DNA from: Prevotella sp.
GTDB lineage: Bacteria; Bacteroidota; Bacteroidia; Bacteroidales; Bacteroidaceae
Direction: 5' to 3'
Length of the DNA: 64,000 nucleotides
NCBI GenBank assembly: GCA_051869355.1
Contig: JBJEAU010000037.1
Coordinates: 247 to 64,246, forward strand
The notes below the pieces were generated by a model that saw nothing but the letters and a program-made list of their open reading frames with translations, did no database searches and was not told the DNA's origin. Below, one piece after another: positions 37,523 through 47,964 of the stretch. Position 1 is the first letter of the stretch; each line of letters starts with the position of its first letter. Made by a program: the position numbers and the translations under genes.

Positions 37523-38836
37523 ATGGCTAAGATAGGAATGAGAGAACTGGCAGCTGCCCTGGCTAATAAACGTGGGGTGGTGGCCGAGGATGCCAACCAT
37601 TTTGTGGAGATTTTTTTTGAAGTGCTCAATGATGGATTGCACTACGAGAAGTTGGTCAAGGTAAAGGGGCTGGGCACCTTCAAAGTAATCAAGGTAAGTG
37701 CACGTAAGAGTGTGGATGTCAATACGGGTGAGGCAATCGAGATTGCCGGTCGCGACAAGATAACCTTCACCCCAGATGCTACGCTCCGCGATTTGGTCAA
37801 CCGTCCCTTTGCCCAGTTTGACACAGTGGTGGTCAACGAGGGGGTGGACTTTACCGAAATCGATGAGCGTGCCGGTAATATGTTGTTAAAGGATTTTATG
37901 ATGATGGAGGACGAAGATATGGAAAAAGATACATTTCAGGCCGCTGAGAGTGAGCAGCCTACCCGTGAGCAACCTACCCAGAGTGACATACCGACCGCTC
38001 CCGTTCCGGAGCCTGAAGCGCCTGCTGCTGTGCCGGCGGTGGAAGAATCGTTGGAGGAAGCGGCCCAGCCATCGGAACCGGAGATAATGGAAGAACCGCA
38101 GCATTCTGTGGAAGAACAACCGGTAGCTGAGACCGTGCAACCATCGCCTTCGGTGGCATCAGAACCACGTCAGGACATTTCGGCCCGATGGGAAGACGAC
38201 CGTTGTAGGGCGCAAAACGAGATGCTCACGCAGGCCAACGAGTTGCTTCGCGACCAGTTGGGCCATTCGAGGGTACTCATCAGGATTTTGGTGGCTGCTT
38301 TGGTTGTCTTTGTATTGCTTTGCTGCTTCGGTGCTTTCTACATGGGCAAGCAGTTCGCTCTCCGCGACAACCGCATCATGCACCTTGAGGCGCAGATAGG
38401 TTTGGGAGAACAGGTGGTAAGCGAGGGTATTCCTGCTTCCAAGCGTGCAGATACTTCTTCAAAAGACAAGAAGGTCGAGAAAAAGGAAACCAAGAAACAG
38501 GCTCCCGCATCGGTTGCACAAGCCAAGCCAGCTCCTGCTGAGCCCGTGAAGCCAGCGGCTGCTCCGGAAGCAAAACCGGCAAAGACAGAGAGTGCGCCCA
38601 AAGTCAATGCGGCATACGATTCGGATCCTCGCGTACGTACAGGTGCCTATCATATAATAGGTGTAGACAGGACGGTGACTGTGAAGGCCGGCCAAACACT
38701 TGCTTCGATCAGCCGCACTTATCTCGGTCCGGGTATGGAATGTTATGTGGAAGTGCTGAACGGCGTCAAAGAGGTAAAGGAAGGGCAGACCCTAAAAATA
38801 CCCAAACTGCAAATTAAGAAGAAGAAAAATTTGTAG
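37523..38836 (+). CDS. HU domain - acidic linker - TM - LysM-like fusion protein
   Basis: N-terminal HU motif (GLGTFK...NTGEAIEI...FTPD), E/P-rich linker, TM ILVAALVVFVLLCCFGAFYM and C-terminal TVKAGQTLASIS...EGQTLKIP. Confidence 0.8.
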   Translation: MAKIGMRELAAALANKRGVVAEDANHFVEIFFEVLNDGLHYEKLVKVKGLGTFKVIKVSARKSVDVNTGEAIEIAGRDKITFTPDATLRDLVNRPFAQFDTVVVNEGVDFTEIDERAGNMLLKDFMMMEDEDMEKDTFQAAESEQPTREQPTQSDIPTAPVPEPEAPAAVPAVEESLEEAAQPSEPEIMEEPQHSVEEQPVAETVQPSPSVASEPRQDISARWEDDRCRAQNEMLTQANELLRDQLGHSRVLIRILVAALVVFVLLCCFGAFYMGKQFALRDNRIMHLEAQIGLGEQVVSEGIPASKRADTSSKDKKVEKKETKKQAPASVAQAKPAPAEPVKPAAAPEAKPAKTESAPKVNAAYDSDPRVRTGAYHIIGVDRTVTVKAGQTLASISRTYLGPGMECYVEVLNGVKEVKEGQTLKIPKLQIKKKKNL

Positions 38837-38880
38837 GAACGAAAAAATAGTGGTACCTTTGGCCAAAAGGAATAGTATCT

Positions 38881-39525
38881 ATGATCACACAAGAAAACTT
38901 TGAACGTGAATACGTGGACAAGATAGAGGAGCAGCAGATAGACAAGTTTGTCTGCAGCGAGATGAGCCGTCAGATACACAGGTATATCAAGGCCATGTCT
39001 GGCTCTAAGCGCATCATGGAGTGCTTCGAGGAGCGTATGGCAGATTTTACGGTACCACAAAAGGAAGAAGCCATTGCCCGATATATCGACTTGAACCGTA
39101 AGGTGCTTGACGGGCTTGATCTCAAGGTGGTGTTGGCCCGATCTGTGGCCAATTACTGCGACACGTTCAGTTACATGATGGAGTTTATACAGGACGATGC
39201 GCGTATGGAGTATTACCTGAATCGCATCAAGAGCAAGTATATACAATATCATCAGGTGTTCGAGGAAAATGGCAAGTATGGTATTCTCGACCACAAGGGG
39301 GAGATATTGGTGCATCCGCTGTACGATTTTCTCCGTACGCCCTATGTCTATGTGGACGACTTGTCCATGATGCCGATTATCGCGCAGAAAGATGGAAAGA
39401 TGGGGCTTATCTTGCCAGACAGGAACGACACGGTCGTGGCCGATTTCATTTATGATGACATTTCCCTGCGTGAGGAACCGCCTTATTTTGAGGCGAGAAA
39501 AGGTAGGAAAAAAGTGTTCTTGTAA
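38881..39525 (+). CDS. Hypothetical protein with WG-repeat-like C-terminus
   Basis: ENGKYGILDHKGEILVHPLYD and KDGKMGLI repeats; own TTTG-N20-TACCTTTG promoter at 38830-38861. Confidence 0.7.
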   Translation: MITQENFEREYVDKIEEQQIDKFVCSEMSRQIHRYIKAMSGSKRIMECFEERMADFTVPQKEEAIARYIDLNRKVLDGLDLKVVLARSVANYCDTFSYMMEFIQDDARMEYYLNRIKSKYIQYHQVFEENGKYGILDHKGEILVHPLYDFLRTPYVYVDDLSMMPIIAQKDGKMGLILPDRNDTVVADFIYDDISLREEPPYFEARKGRKKVFL

Positions 39526-39546
39526 ATAGTTTTTATAATCAATAGT

Positions 39547-39588
39547 GAGATGAGAGGTGTCCGTGAGGTTGTCTTTCATCTCTTTTTT
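39547..39588 (+). terminator. Probable intrinsic terminator
   Basis: GAGATGAGAG...CTTTCATCTC followed by T6. Confidence 0.5.
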
Positions 39589-39652
39589 ATTCCCTAAGTT
39601 GTATGCTTTGTTTGGTTTGATGATTGGGATTTATCCCATATCGGCATTTTTG

Positions 39653-39762
39653 TGTCCAATTATTGGGCACCCTTGTCTATTTTTTAGACAACTATATGGG
39701 TGGTGATTTTTGTTGAAATCATTGTATATCAATGATTTTGTGGTTTTGGCATGGTTTTTGGT
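39653..39762 (+). promoter_or_regulatory. Tandem enhancer-like palindromes plus sigma54-type promoter of the efflux operon
   Basis: TGTCCA-N5-TGGGCA (39653-39669) and TGTCTA-N5-TAGACA (39674-39690) with centres 21 bp apart; TGGCATGGTTTTTGGT at 39747-39762. Confidence 0.6.
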
Positions 39763-39792
39763 TTATAAATGATGTATAAGAATACGCATGAT

Positions 39793-41118
39793 ATGAAACG
39801 AATAACAATGATAACAGTGTGGCTGGCAATGGCTTCATCGTCATCGCTTGGACAGCAGCGGTGGACCATGGACCAGTGTGTGGCGTATGCCGTGACACAC
39901 GCCACCGAGGTGCAGGTCCAGCAGATAGAGACAGAGCGGCGGACAGCAGACAGCCGACAGGCTACGCTTGGCCTGTTGCCCACGGTGCAGGCGCAGGTGA
40001 GTGGGCAATACTCATGGGGACGTAATATTGACCCCGAAACCAATACGTATAACAACGTGACCACGTTCAACAACTATTACCAACTTTATGCGTCACTGCC
40101 CGTCTTTGATGGGGGACAGACGTTGCGCGCTTTTAAACAGGCCAGGATGGCCAAGGCCAACTCGGCTACAGCCATGCAGAAAGTAAGGGAAGACAAGGCT
40201 ATCGACGTGATGGCCAAATACGTGGAAGCCGTGTACGCAGCGCGTAGTATTGGGTTGGCAGCAGAAAAGTTGGCCGACTCGCAGGCCTTGCTTCACAAGA
40301 CCCGCCGCATGTATGAACTGGGCGTAAAGAGTCGTCCGGATGTGGTGCAGATGGAGAGTCAGGTGGCTGAGGACGACTACAACCTGCTGCACCAGCGCCA
40401 TACGGCACGGTTGGCGATGCTCGCGCTGAAGCAGGCGATGAATTTTCCCGCCTCCGACAGCATGGCGTTGGATACGGTCGTGGCCACTCCTCTGTTGGCA
40501 GATGCCCCTGTCCAAACCACGGTGACTTCGTACGAACAGTGGGCACCATCGGTGATCAATGCAGACTATACGGTGAAAAACGCACGTATGACTTGGCTTT
40601 CGCAGCGTGCCGAACTCTGGCCGAGTCTGTACCTGAATGCTGGTGTAAGCACAAACTATTACAAGAATCTCTCTCAGACAGGGGGCTTCCAGTCATTCGG
40701 TTCACAGTTCAAAAACAATCTGGGCGAATATGTGGCAGTCACCCTGTCTTTACCGCTTTTTGTCCCTTCGATGATGCGGAGTGCCCGTAGGGCCAAGGCA
40801 GCGTATCAGACAGCAGTGGTTGAGGCTGCTGCCACACGCCGTAAAGTGGCTGATGGTGTGATGCAGGCGATATATGACCGCGATGGGTATGCCCGTGAGG
40901 TGGCAAGTATGGAGCGAAAACTGCAATCTGATTCGCTGGCTTACCACCTCACACGCCGCAAGTATGAGGAGGGAATGCTCTCAACCTTCGACCTGCATAC
41001 AGCTTCGCAGACGCTGATAGAGAGCAAGGTGCGCCTCTTGCAGATGCGTATGATGCTGGTGATGAAAGACAAATTGGTGAATTATTATAAAGGTATGCCG
41101 TTATGGACATTAAAATAG
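39793..41118 (+). CDS. TolC-family outer membrane efflux protein
   Basis: Signal peptide, WTMDQCVAYA and two OEP repeats (YELGVKSRPDV; YEEGMLSTFDL). Confidence 0.9.
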   Translation: MKRITMITVWLAMASSSSLGQQRWTMDQCVAYAVTHATEVQVQQIETERRTADSRQATLGLLPTVQAQVSGQYSWGRNIDPETNTYNNVTTFNNYYQLYASLPVFDGGQTLRAFKQARMAKANSATAMQKVREDKAIDVMAKYVEAVYAARSIGLAAEKLADSQALLHKTRRMYELGVKSRPDVVQMESQVAEDDYNLLHQRHTARLAMLALKQAMNFPASDSMALDTVVATPLLADAPVQTTVTSYEQWAPSVINADYTVKNARMTWLSQRAELWPSLYLNAGVSTNYYKNLSQTGGFQSFGSQFKNNLGEYVAVTLSLPLFVPSMMRSARRAKAAYQTAVVEAAATRRKVADGVMQAIYDRDGYAREVASMERKLQSDSLAYHLTRRKYEEGMLSTFDLHTASQTLIESKVRLLQMRMMLVMKDKLVNYYKGMPLWTLK

Positions 41119-42356
41119 AAAAAAAGAAGTATCTTGTTCCGCGCAAGTATTGGCCGTGGATAGCCGGTGTGACTGTGTTTTTGGCTGCTATGCTGTATTT
41201 GGGTTTGTCTGATTTCTCTTCCACGCTTCGGGTAGAGCGTCGCGGACTGAATGTGGGGGAGGTCAAGCACACCCAGTTTGATGACTATGTGAGCGTGGAT
41301 GGCAGTGTGGTGCCTATCCAAGTGGTACACGTCAGTCCCGAAGAGGGTGGTGTGGTGCTCGAAAAAGTAGTGGAAGAAGGAAGCCATGTACACAAGGGGG
41401 ATGTCATCGTGCGATTGAGCAACTCGGGGCTTGACCTACAGATTCTCAATGCTGAATCAGAATTGGCTGAGAAGCAGAATATGCTGCGCAATACGCAGAT
41501 CAGCATGGAGCAAGACCAGCTCAACAACCGCAACGAAGCCCTGCAGCTGGAGCAGGATGTCGTGGCCAAGCGCCGTGCCTACCAACAGCAGCAGTCGCTC
41601 TACAAAGAAGAACTCGTCAGCAGGGAAGAATACTTGAGGGCCAAGGAGGATTACGAATTGGCAGTGAAGAAAGAGCAACTCATCAGTCAGCGACTCAAGA
41701 AGGACAAGCAGCTCCGTCAGCAGCAGATGGACCAGATGGAAGACAATCTGGCCTCGATGCGTAAGAATGTGCTGCTGGTGCGGGAGCGCAAGGACAGGCT
41801 CGACGTGCGGTCGGCCATTGACGGGGAGGTAGGTCTGCTCGATATAGAACTGGGACAAAGTATCTCGCCGGGCCAAAAGATAGGTGTCATCAACGATTTG
41901 AGCGACTTCAAGGTGGAAGCCCGTGTGGACGAGCACTATATCGACCGCATCCATGCTGGCCTTCAGGCTACCTTTGAGCAGGGGGGCAAGCGTTACCAAC
42001 TGCAAGTGCGTAAAGTGTATCCCGAAGTGAGGGAAGGGAGGTTCAAGATAGATTTTGTATTCCGCGGCAGTCGGCCTGCCAACATCCGTACCGGACAGAC
42101 CTACTATGTGGATCTGCAGTTGGGAGAGGCCAAGCAGGCCGTACTCATTCCCAAGGGAACCTTCTATTCGGTCACCGGTGGCAACTGGATCTTTGTGCTC
42201 GACAGCGACGGTCAACATGCTTACCGCCGTAAGATACGCATAGGGCGGCAGAATCCGCAGTATTATGAGATTCTGGAAGGACTGGAACCAGGCGAACAGG
42301 TAATCGTGAGCGGATATGAGGCTTTCAAGGACAACGAGCGGTTAATCATCAAATAA
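41103..42356 (+). CDS. Periplasmic adaptor (MacA/HlyD-like)
   Basis: TM anchor, lipoyl half-motifs (EEGGVV..VEEGSHVHKGD; SAIDGEV), long coiled coil and GLEPGEQVI. Confidence 0.9.
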   Translation: MDIKIEKKKYLVPRKYWPWIAGVTVFLAAMLYLGLSDFSSTLRVERRGLNVGEVKHTQFDDYVSVDGSVVPIQVVHVSPEEGGVVLEKVVEEGSHVHKGDVIVRLSNSGLDLQILNAESELAEKQNMLRNTQISMEQDQLNNRNEALQLEQDVVAKRRAYQQQQSLYKEELVSREEYLRAKEDYELAVKKEQLISQRLKKDKQLRQQQMDQMEDNLASMRKNVLLVRERKDRLDVRSAIDGEVGLLDIELGQSISPGQKIGVINDLSDFKVEARVDEHYIDRIHAGLQATFEQGGKRYQLQVRKVYPEVREGRFKIDFVFRGSRPANIRTGQTYYVDLQLGEAKQAVLIPKGTFYSVTGGNWIFVLDSDGQHAYRRKIRIGRQNPQYYEILEGLEPGEQVIVSGYEAFKDNERLIIK

Positions 42357-42404
42357 TCTTTTAGGCAAGACAACTTTGCCCTATCAAGTAAACTATCATT
42401 AACA

Positions 42405-44759
42405 ATGAAACAAATGAATGTAAAGTCTTACATCACGTTCCTGTCGAGGAACAAGGTCTATACGGCCATCAACGTCTTCGGACTGTCTGTTTCGCTCATG
42501 TTTGTCATGCTCATAGGTATCTATGTGTGGCAGGAGTATAGCGTGGACAAGCAGCACTCTAAGGCGGAAAGAATTTATACCTTGGGCATCGACATGGGCA
42601 ACCGAGGTAAGGTGATGGGGATTTCGCGACAGGTGGCACCCTATCTGAAGAGTCGCTATCCCGAGATTGAGATGACTTGCGGAGTGGCAAGGGACGAGAT
42701 GCTGGTGCATCTCAACGACGACATGCTGGCAAAGAAATACGGCTTGTTTGTGGATTCCACGTTTTTCCAGATGTTCGATTTCGAACTTCTCAGGGGTGAC
42801 CGTGGGAGTGTGCTACGCGGTAAGGACGACTGCGTGGTGACAGAGGACCTCGCCCGACAGCTCTTTGGCGACAGCGACCCAATAGGCAAGCACGTGAAGT
42901 TGGCTTATCGTGACAAGACGCTGAAGGTGACGGGTGTGATGAAGGAAATGGAGAACAGTTCGCTACAAAAGGCCGACTTTATCTGCCGCTTTGAGCATAT
43001 TACGAACGCAAGTATTGTGGAAGGTATGGGCAACGCCTGCGGTTCAGAACTCTATCTGCTTACCAAGCCGAATACCGACCTTCGGGCGAAGACAGCCGAC
43101 ATGACACAATACTTCAAAGAATTTTTCTGGATATTCCAATTAAAGGACATGGAGGCAAAGGCCATCGTCATGCCTTTCTCCGAGCAGTATTTTAGTGAGA
43201 TAAGCGATGGCAGTAGGCATACCTCACGAGGCAGTCTGAAGCTTGTCAAGATGTTGTTTGCCTCTTGTCTTGTGGTGTTGCTGTTTGCCGTGTTCAATTA
43301 TATCAATCTCACGGTGGCACAGTCGGGCCGACGTTCGCGTGAGATGGCTATGCGGAGGCTCCTTGGCAGTCATCGCAGTGGCATCGTCAGCCGACTGATG
43401 TCTGAGAGCATCATGCTCTGTATGTTGTCGTTGTTGCTGGGTCTGTTGCTGACAGCAGCCTTTGCGCCATTCTTCTCACAGTTGCTCGAAACCAAGTTGC
43501 TGCTCGCCGAAGCCCTCACTCCGATGAGCGTTGGCGGAATCCTGCTCTTCGCCCTGCTGTTAGGAACTTTGGCTGGCGTGGTCCCCGCAGTGGTCATATC
43601 GAGGGCGCAACCGATAGAGGTGGTCCGCGGCACCTTTGCCCATCATACGCGGATGGTCTTCAGCCGGGTGCTCATCGTCCTGCAAAACGTGATAACCATT
43701 GTGATGATTGCCGTCGCTTTGACCATGTCGTTGCAGATGCGTCACATCATCAATGCACCGATGGGTTTCAACAAGAACAATATTGTGGTAATTGGAAATC
43801 GTGGTGACAGTATTCAGGCATCTACCTTTACCAAGGAGCTGGAGAAACTTGCCTGTGTGAAACTCGTGAGTGCATCGATGGGTACACCAAGCAGCGGCGG
43901 CAACAACAATACCATGACGCTGGACTCGAAGAAAACCGTCAGCCTGCAAATCCTGATTGGAGACCGAAACTTTATGGAGATGTATGGCTTGAAGCCGAAG
44001 AAGGAGAACACAGACGGCAGCGACACCAAGCTATATGTGACGGAACAGACGTTGCGAGAGATGGGTGACGAGTTCTACCAGACCCGTTGGGATAATATGC
44101 TTGGCAATGGCGATAAGATGAATCCGCATGCCGCCGGCGTGCTCGAAGATTTCCACATTAGGAACATTGAACAGGAAACGCACCCGATGATCATCTACAT
44201 TAAGGATCGGATTAAATATCCGTGGGACTTCTCCGTGCTCATCACGGGCAATCCCGTAGAGGCTCTCGACCAGATAAAGGGTACCTACAAGAAGATTTAT
44301 AACTATGACATGCCCGACGAGTATCCGTTTATTGACCAGCAGATAGCTGCATACTATACGGAGGCTATCCGTCTGTCGCATATCATCTCTCTCTTTGCGG
44401 CAATGGCATTGCTTGTGTCGATGCTGGGTCTCGTGGCTATGTCTATCTTCTTCATCCAGCAGCGGCAAAAGGAGATTGCCATCCGCAAGGTGTTTGGTTC
44501 TACCAGCATGCAGGTATGCCGTAGGCTCATCCGCACGTTCCTTAGTTACGTGGCTGTAGCCTTCGTCATAGCCGTGCCTGTCATCTGGTATCTCATGGAC
44601 GATTGGCTGTCTCAATACAGTTACCGCATCGTGCTCTCGCCGTGGATTTTTGTTGTGGCAGGCGTATCGTGCCTTGTCATCTGCATGGTGGCGGTGACGC
44701 TGCAGAGCTATTTGGCTGCATCGGAGAATCCCATCAACCATGTCAAGGATAATCATTAA
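42405..44759 (+). CDS. MacB/FtsX-type ABC permease (paralog 1)
   Basis: INVFGLSVS, NYINLTVAQSGRRSREMAMR and QRQKEIAIRKVFG. Confidence 0.9.
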   Translation: MKQMNVKSYITFLSRNKVYTAINVFGLSVSLMFVMLIGIYVWQEYSVDKQHSKAERIYTLGIDMGNRGKVMGISRQVAPYLKSRYPEIEMTCGVARDEMLVHLNDDMLAKKYGLFVDSTFFQMFDFELLRGDRGSVLRGKDDCVVTEDLARQLFGDSDPIGKHVKLAYRDKTLKVTGVMKEMENSSLQKADFICRFEHITNASIVEGMGNACGSELYLLTKPNTDLRAKTADMTQYFKEFFWIFQLKDMEAKAIVMPFSEQYFSEISDGSRHTSRGSLKLVKMLFASCLVVLLFAVFNYINLTVAQSGRRSREMAMRRLLGSHRSGIVSRLMSESIMLCMLSLLLGLLLTAAFAPFFSQLLETKLLLAEALTPMSVGGILLFALLLGTLAGVVPAVVISRAQPIEVVRGTFAHHTRMVFSRVLIVLQNVITIVMIAVALTMSLQMRHIINAPMGFNKNNIVVIGNRGDSIQASTFTKELEKLACVKLVSASMGTPSSGGNNNTMTLDSKKTVSLQILIGDRNFMEMYGLKPKKENTDGSDTKLYVTEQTLREMGDEFYQTRWDNMLGNGDKMNPHAAGVLEDFHIRNIEQETHPMIIYIKDRIKYPWDFSVLITGNPVEALDQIKGTYKKIYNYDMPDEYPFIDQQIAAYYTEAIRLSHIISLFAAMALLVSMLGLVAMSIFFIQQRQKEIAIRKVFGSTSMQVCRRLIRTFLSYVAVAFVIAVPVIWYLMDDWLSQYSYRIVLSPWIFVVAGVSCLVICMVAVTLQSYLAASENPINHVKDNH

Positions 44760-44765
44760 AGACCG

Positions 44766-44825
44766 TAAACGTGGCATTTAGCCCTCGTAAAGGTGGCATT
44801 TAGCCCTCGTAAACGTGGCATTTAG
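44766..44825. repeat. Mini-array 5 of the CTAAA-N7-TTTAG repeat (3 direct units)
   Basis: TAAA(C/G)GTGGCATTTAG x3 with CCCTCG between units, exact 22-bp period. Confidence 0.9.
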
Positions 44826-44860
44826 GAATTGGAAAGGTAATCTATCAGTATATTGTATCG

Positions 44861-47245
44861 ATGATGAATGTAAAATCGTACCTGACGTTTCTGTCGAGAA
44901 ACAAGGTCTATACGGCCGTCAATGTCTTCGGCCTGTCGGTATCGCTCATGTTTGTGGTGCTCATAGGCATCTACGTGTGGCAAGAAAGCAGTGTGGCAGA
45001 CCGACACAGCAAGGCCGGACGGATAGAAGTGTTGGGACTGCATGACAAGAATGACAAGGTGCCCATGATGGGCATACACCATGTGGTGCAGAAGCATCTC
45101 TGCAAGCAGTATCCGGAGATAGAGGCCGCATGCGGTGTGTGCCCCTTGGATGTGCGGGTGACCAAGGGAGACGAGTACCTGCGCACCACGGCACTGACGG
45201 TGGACACCACCTTCTTCCGTGTGTTCGACTACAGACTGACAGAGGGCGACCCTGCCACCTGTCTGATAGACAAGGATGGCGTGGTGCTCACCGAATCGTT
45301 TGCCCGTACGCTCTATGGCCGTACAGACGTGATGGGACGCACCGTGGTGTGGCGCGACTCCATGAAGCTGCATGTCACAGGCGTGCTGGAAGATGTGGAC
45401 AATGATCTGTTCCAGCGTTATGGCATGCTGATGAACACCTATAACCAACGCTACGGCAACTGGGCAAACACCGATGAGGCTTTTGAGCAGGGGATGGTGA
45501 ATTATATTGGGTCCAATGTGTTTTTACTCCTGCGTCCGGGAGCCACGTTTGTGGGCAGGGAGAAGGAACTGGAACGGTGCTATGCCACCTTTTGGGACAT
45601 GTTCCGCACCCAAAAGGCGGGCGACGAAAGGTGTTTTGCGCCAGCTGTGGAACGTCTGGTAGACTGTTACCTCTCCGAAAGTGACAAGGTAAGCGCTATG
45701 AGAGGCGGCAATGCCTTGCTGGTGCGCATCCTCGGTGTCGTGGCGTTGGTCATCCTGCTCTTTGCCATCATGAACTACATCAATCTTACGGTGGCACAGT
45801 CGGGTAAGCGTGCCAGGGAGATGGCGGCGCGCCGGCTTTACGGCGCAAGGAGGTCCACCATCGCCCTGCGGTTTGTCGGGGAGAGCCTGATGCTGTGCGT
45901 CTTGGCCTTTGTGCTGTCCTTGGCCTTGGCAGCTGCCTTTGCCCCTGCGTTCGGCCACCTGCTCAATACCACTATCAGTATGAAAATCCTGTTGAGTCCT
46001 GTCATCGTGGTGACCTTGCTCGTGCTGCTGGCAGTCGTGGGGGTAGCGTCGGGTGTCATCCCCGCAGTGGTGGCTTCCAAAGTGCAGCCTATCACCATCA
46101 TCCGAGGAGCCTTTGTCCACAAGAGCAAGATGGTCTTCAGTCGTGTGTTTATCGTGGTGCAGAATGTCATCACCATCACCATGTTGGCCTGCTCGTTGGC
46201 CATGTTTGCCCAGATGCGGCACCTTATCCACGCCCCTATGGGATTCAGGCAAGAGGGCCTGTTGATGGTGGAAGAACTGTCGAAGGAGTGGGAGGCTTTT
46301 GCCGAAGAACTCCGCCGTCTGCCCTGTGTCAAGACAGTCACGCCATCGTACGGCACACCGATAGACGGAGGCAACAACTACACCATCGTAGACCGTGAGG
46401 GATTCAAGAACATGAGCATCCAGTTTTTCGTGGTCGAACCAGCGTTCTTTTCTGTTTACGGATTACGGCTTGCCGATGGCAGCCAGCCCGTACCGGGGCA
46501 CTACTATCTGAACCGTAAGATGGTCAACGATATCAAAGCGTCGCCCAAACTGGGCGATCCACGTAGCTTCGCCAAACAGATGACGATGTATGGAGTGTCC
46601 GAGGATGCCGTGTACGGCGGTGAGTTTTGCGATTTCCGTATCCGCGACATCCAGCAGGATCAGCATCCCATGCTCATCTATGTGACAGACAAGATGGTGG
46701 ACATTCCGTGGAACCTGACGGTGGAACTGACAGGCGATCTCGAGGCCGGTTATCAGGACGTTGCCAGAGTCTATGACAGGGTGTTCCGGGAGCCCATGAC
46801 GGCAGACATGGCGTGCTTTGTAGACCAACGCATGCAGGAGCAGTTTGAGGATCAGGTGCGGGTCTCCCGCATTGTCACGCTCTTTGCCTTGGTGGCCATC
46901 CTCATCTCGTTGCTCGGACTGGTGGCCATGTCCACCTACTTTATTCAGCAACGCCAGAAAGAGATTGCCATCCGCAAGGTGTTTGGTGCCACCAGCAACC
47001 AGATGCGCATGCGGCTTGTGCGCACGTTCCTGACCTATGTGCTCATCGCTTTTGTGGTGGCCTTGCCCATCATCTGGTATGTCATGAGCGGATGGATGAC
47101 ACAGTTCAGCTATCGCACGCTGTGGTGGCCGTGGATAGGGGTGGCCGGCATGGTGGTGCTCCTCATCTCACTGGTGGCAGTGGCCGTACAGAGCTATGTG
47201 GCGGCCAACGAGAATCCGGTGAACCATATCAAAGACAACCATTAA
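44861..47245 (+). CDS. MacB/FtsX-type ABC permease (paralog 2)
   Basis: Same motifs as paralog 1; near-identical N- and C-termini. Confidence 0.9.
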   Translation: MMNVKSYLTFLSRNKVYTAVNVFGLSVSLMFVVLIGIYVWQESSVADRHSKAGRIEVLGLHDKNDKVPMMGIHHVVQKHLCKQYPEIEAACGVCPLDVRVTKGDEYLRTTALTVDTTFFRVFDYRLTEGDPATCLIDKDGVVLTESFARTLYGRTDVMGRTVVWRDSMKLHVTGVLEDVDNDLFQRYGMLMNTYNQRYGNWANTDEAFEQGMVNYIGSNVFLLLRPGATFVGREKELERCYATFWDMFRTQKAGDERCFAPAVERLVDCYLSESDKVSAMRGGNALLVRILGVVALVILLFAIMNYINLTVAQSGKRAREMAARRLYGARRSTIALRFVGESLMLCVLAFVLSLALAAAFAPAFGHLLNTTISMKILLSPVIVVTLLVLLAVVGVASGVIPAVVASKVQPITIIRGAFVHKSKMVFSRVFIVVQNVITITMLACSLAMFAQMRHLIHAPMGFRQEGLLMVEELSKEWEAFAEELRRLPCVKTVTPSYGTPIDGGNNYTIVDREGFKNMSIQFFVVEPAFFSVYGLRLADGSQPVPGHYYLNRKMVNDIKASPKLGDPRSFAKQMTMYGVSEDAVYGGEFCDFRIRDIQQDQHPMLIYVTDKMVDIPWNLTVELTGDLEAGYQDVARVYDRVFREPMTADMACFVDQRMQEQFEDQVRVSRIVTLFALVAILISLLGLVAMSTYFIQQRQKEIAIRKVFGATSNQMRMRLVRTFLTYVLIAFVVALPIIWYVMSGWMTQFSYRTLWWPWIGVAGMVVLLISLVAVAVQSYVAANENPVNHIKDNH

Positions 47246-47263
47246 ACAAAAATAATAACGATT

Positions 47264-47944
47264 ATGATTAAGGTAGAAAATCTCAGCAAGTCGTTTCGCA
47301 CGGAAGAGGTGGAGACGATTGCGCTCGACAATGTTTCGTTTGAAGTGGCCGACGGCGAGTTTGTCGCCATCATGGGTCCTTCGGGATGCGGCAAGTCTAC
47401 GTTGCTCAATATCCTTGGTTTGCTCGACAATCCCACCAGTGGCAAGTACTGGCTTGACGGTAAGGAAGTGCAGGCACTAAAGGAAAAAGACCGCACGGAT
47501 GTGCGCAAAGGGCAGATCGGTTTTGTCTTCCAGAGTTTTAATCTTATCGATGAACTGAATGTGGAGGAAAACATAGAGTTGCCGTTGACCTATATGAACG
47601 TGCCGGCACGTGAGCGCAAGCAGCGGGTGGAGGCCATGATGGACCGCATGCAGATCAGCCACCGCGCCAAGCACTTCCCCCACCAGTTGTCGGGAGGTCA
47701 ACAGCAGCGCGTGGCCATTGCCCGTGCCTTGGTTTTCGGTCCCAAGATGATCCTGGCCGATGAGCCTACGGGTAATCTTGACTCCAAAAACGGTGTGGAA
47801 GTACTGAAACTGCTCACCGAACTGAACCAAGAGGGTACCACCATCGTGATGGTGACACACAACAAGCGCGATGCCAGTGTGGCCCACCGTACCATCAACC
47901 TCTTTGATGGCTATCTGGTAGACGAGCAGGGCATGAGACTGTAG
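47264..47944 (+). CDS. ABC transporter ATP-binding protein (LolD/MacB-like)
   Basis: GPSGCGKST, LSGGQQQR, LADEPTGNLD and VTH. Confidence 0.95.
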   Translation: MIKVENLSKSFRTEEVETIALDNVSFEVADGEFVAIMGPSGCGKSTLLNILGLLDNPTSGKYWLDGKEVQALKEKDRTDVRKGQIGFVFQSFNLIDELNVEENIELPLTYMNVPARERKQRVEAMMDRMQISHRAKHFPHQLSGGQQQRVAIARALVFGPKMILADEPTGNLDSKNGVEVLKLLTELNQEGTTIVMVTHNKRDASVAHRTINLFDGYLVDEQGMRL

Positions 47945-47964
47945 GGTAGGTTGTCGTCACCATC

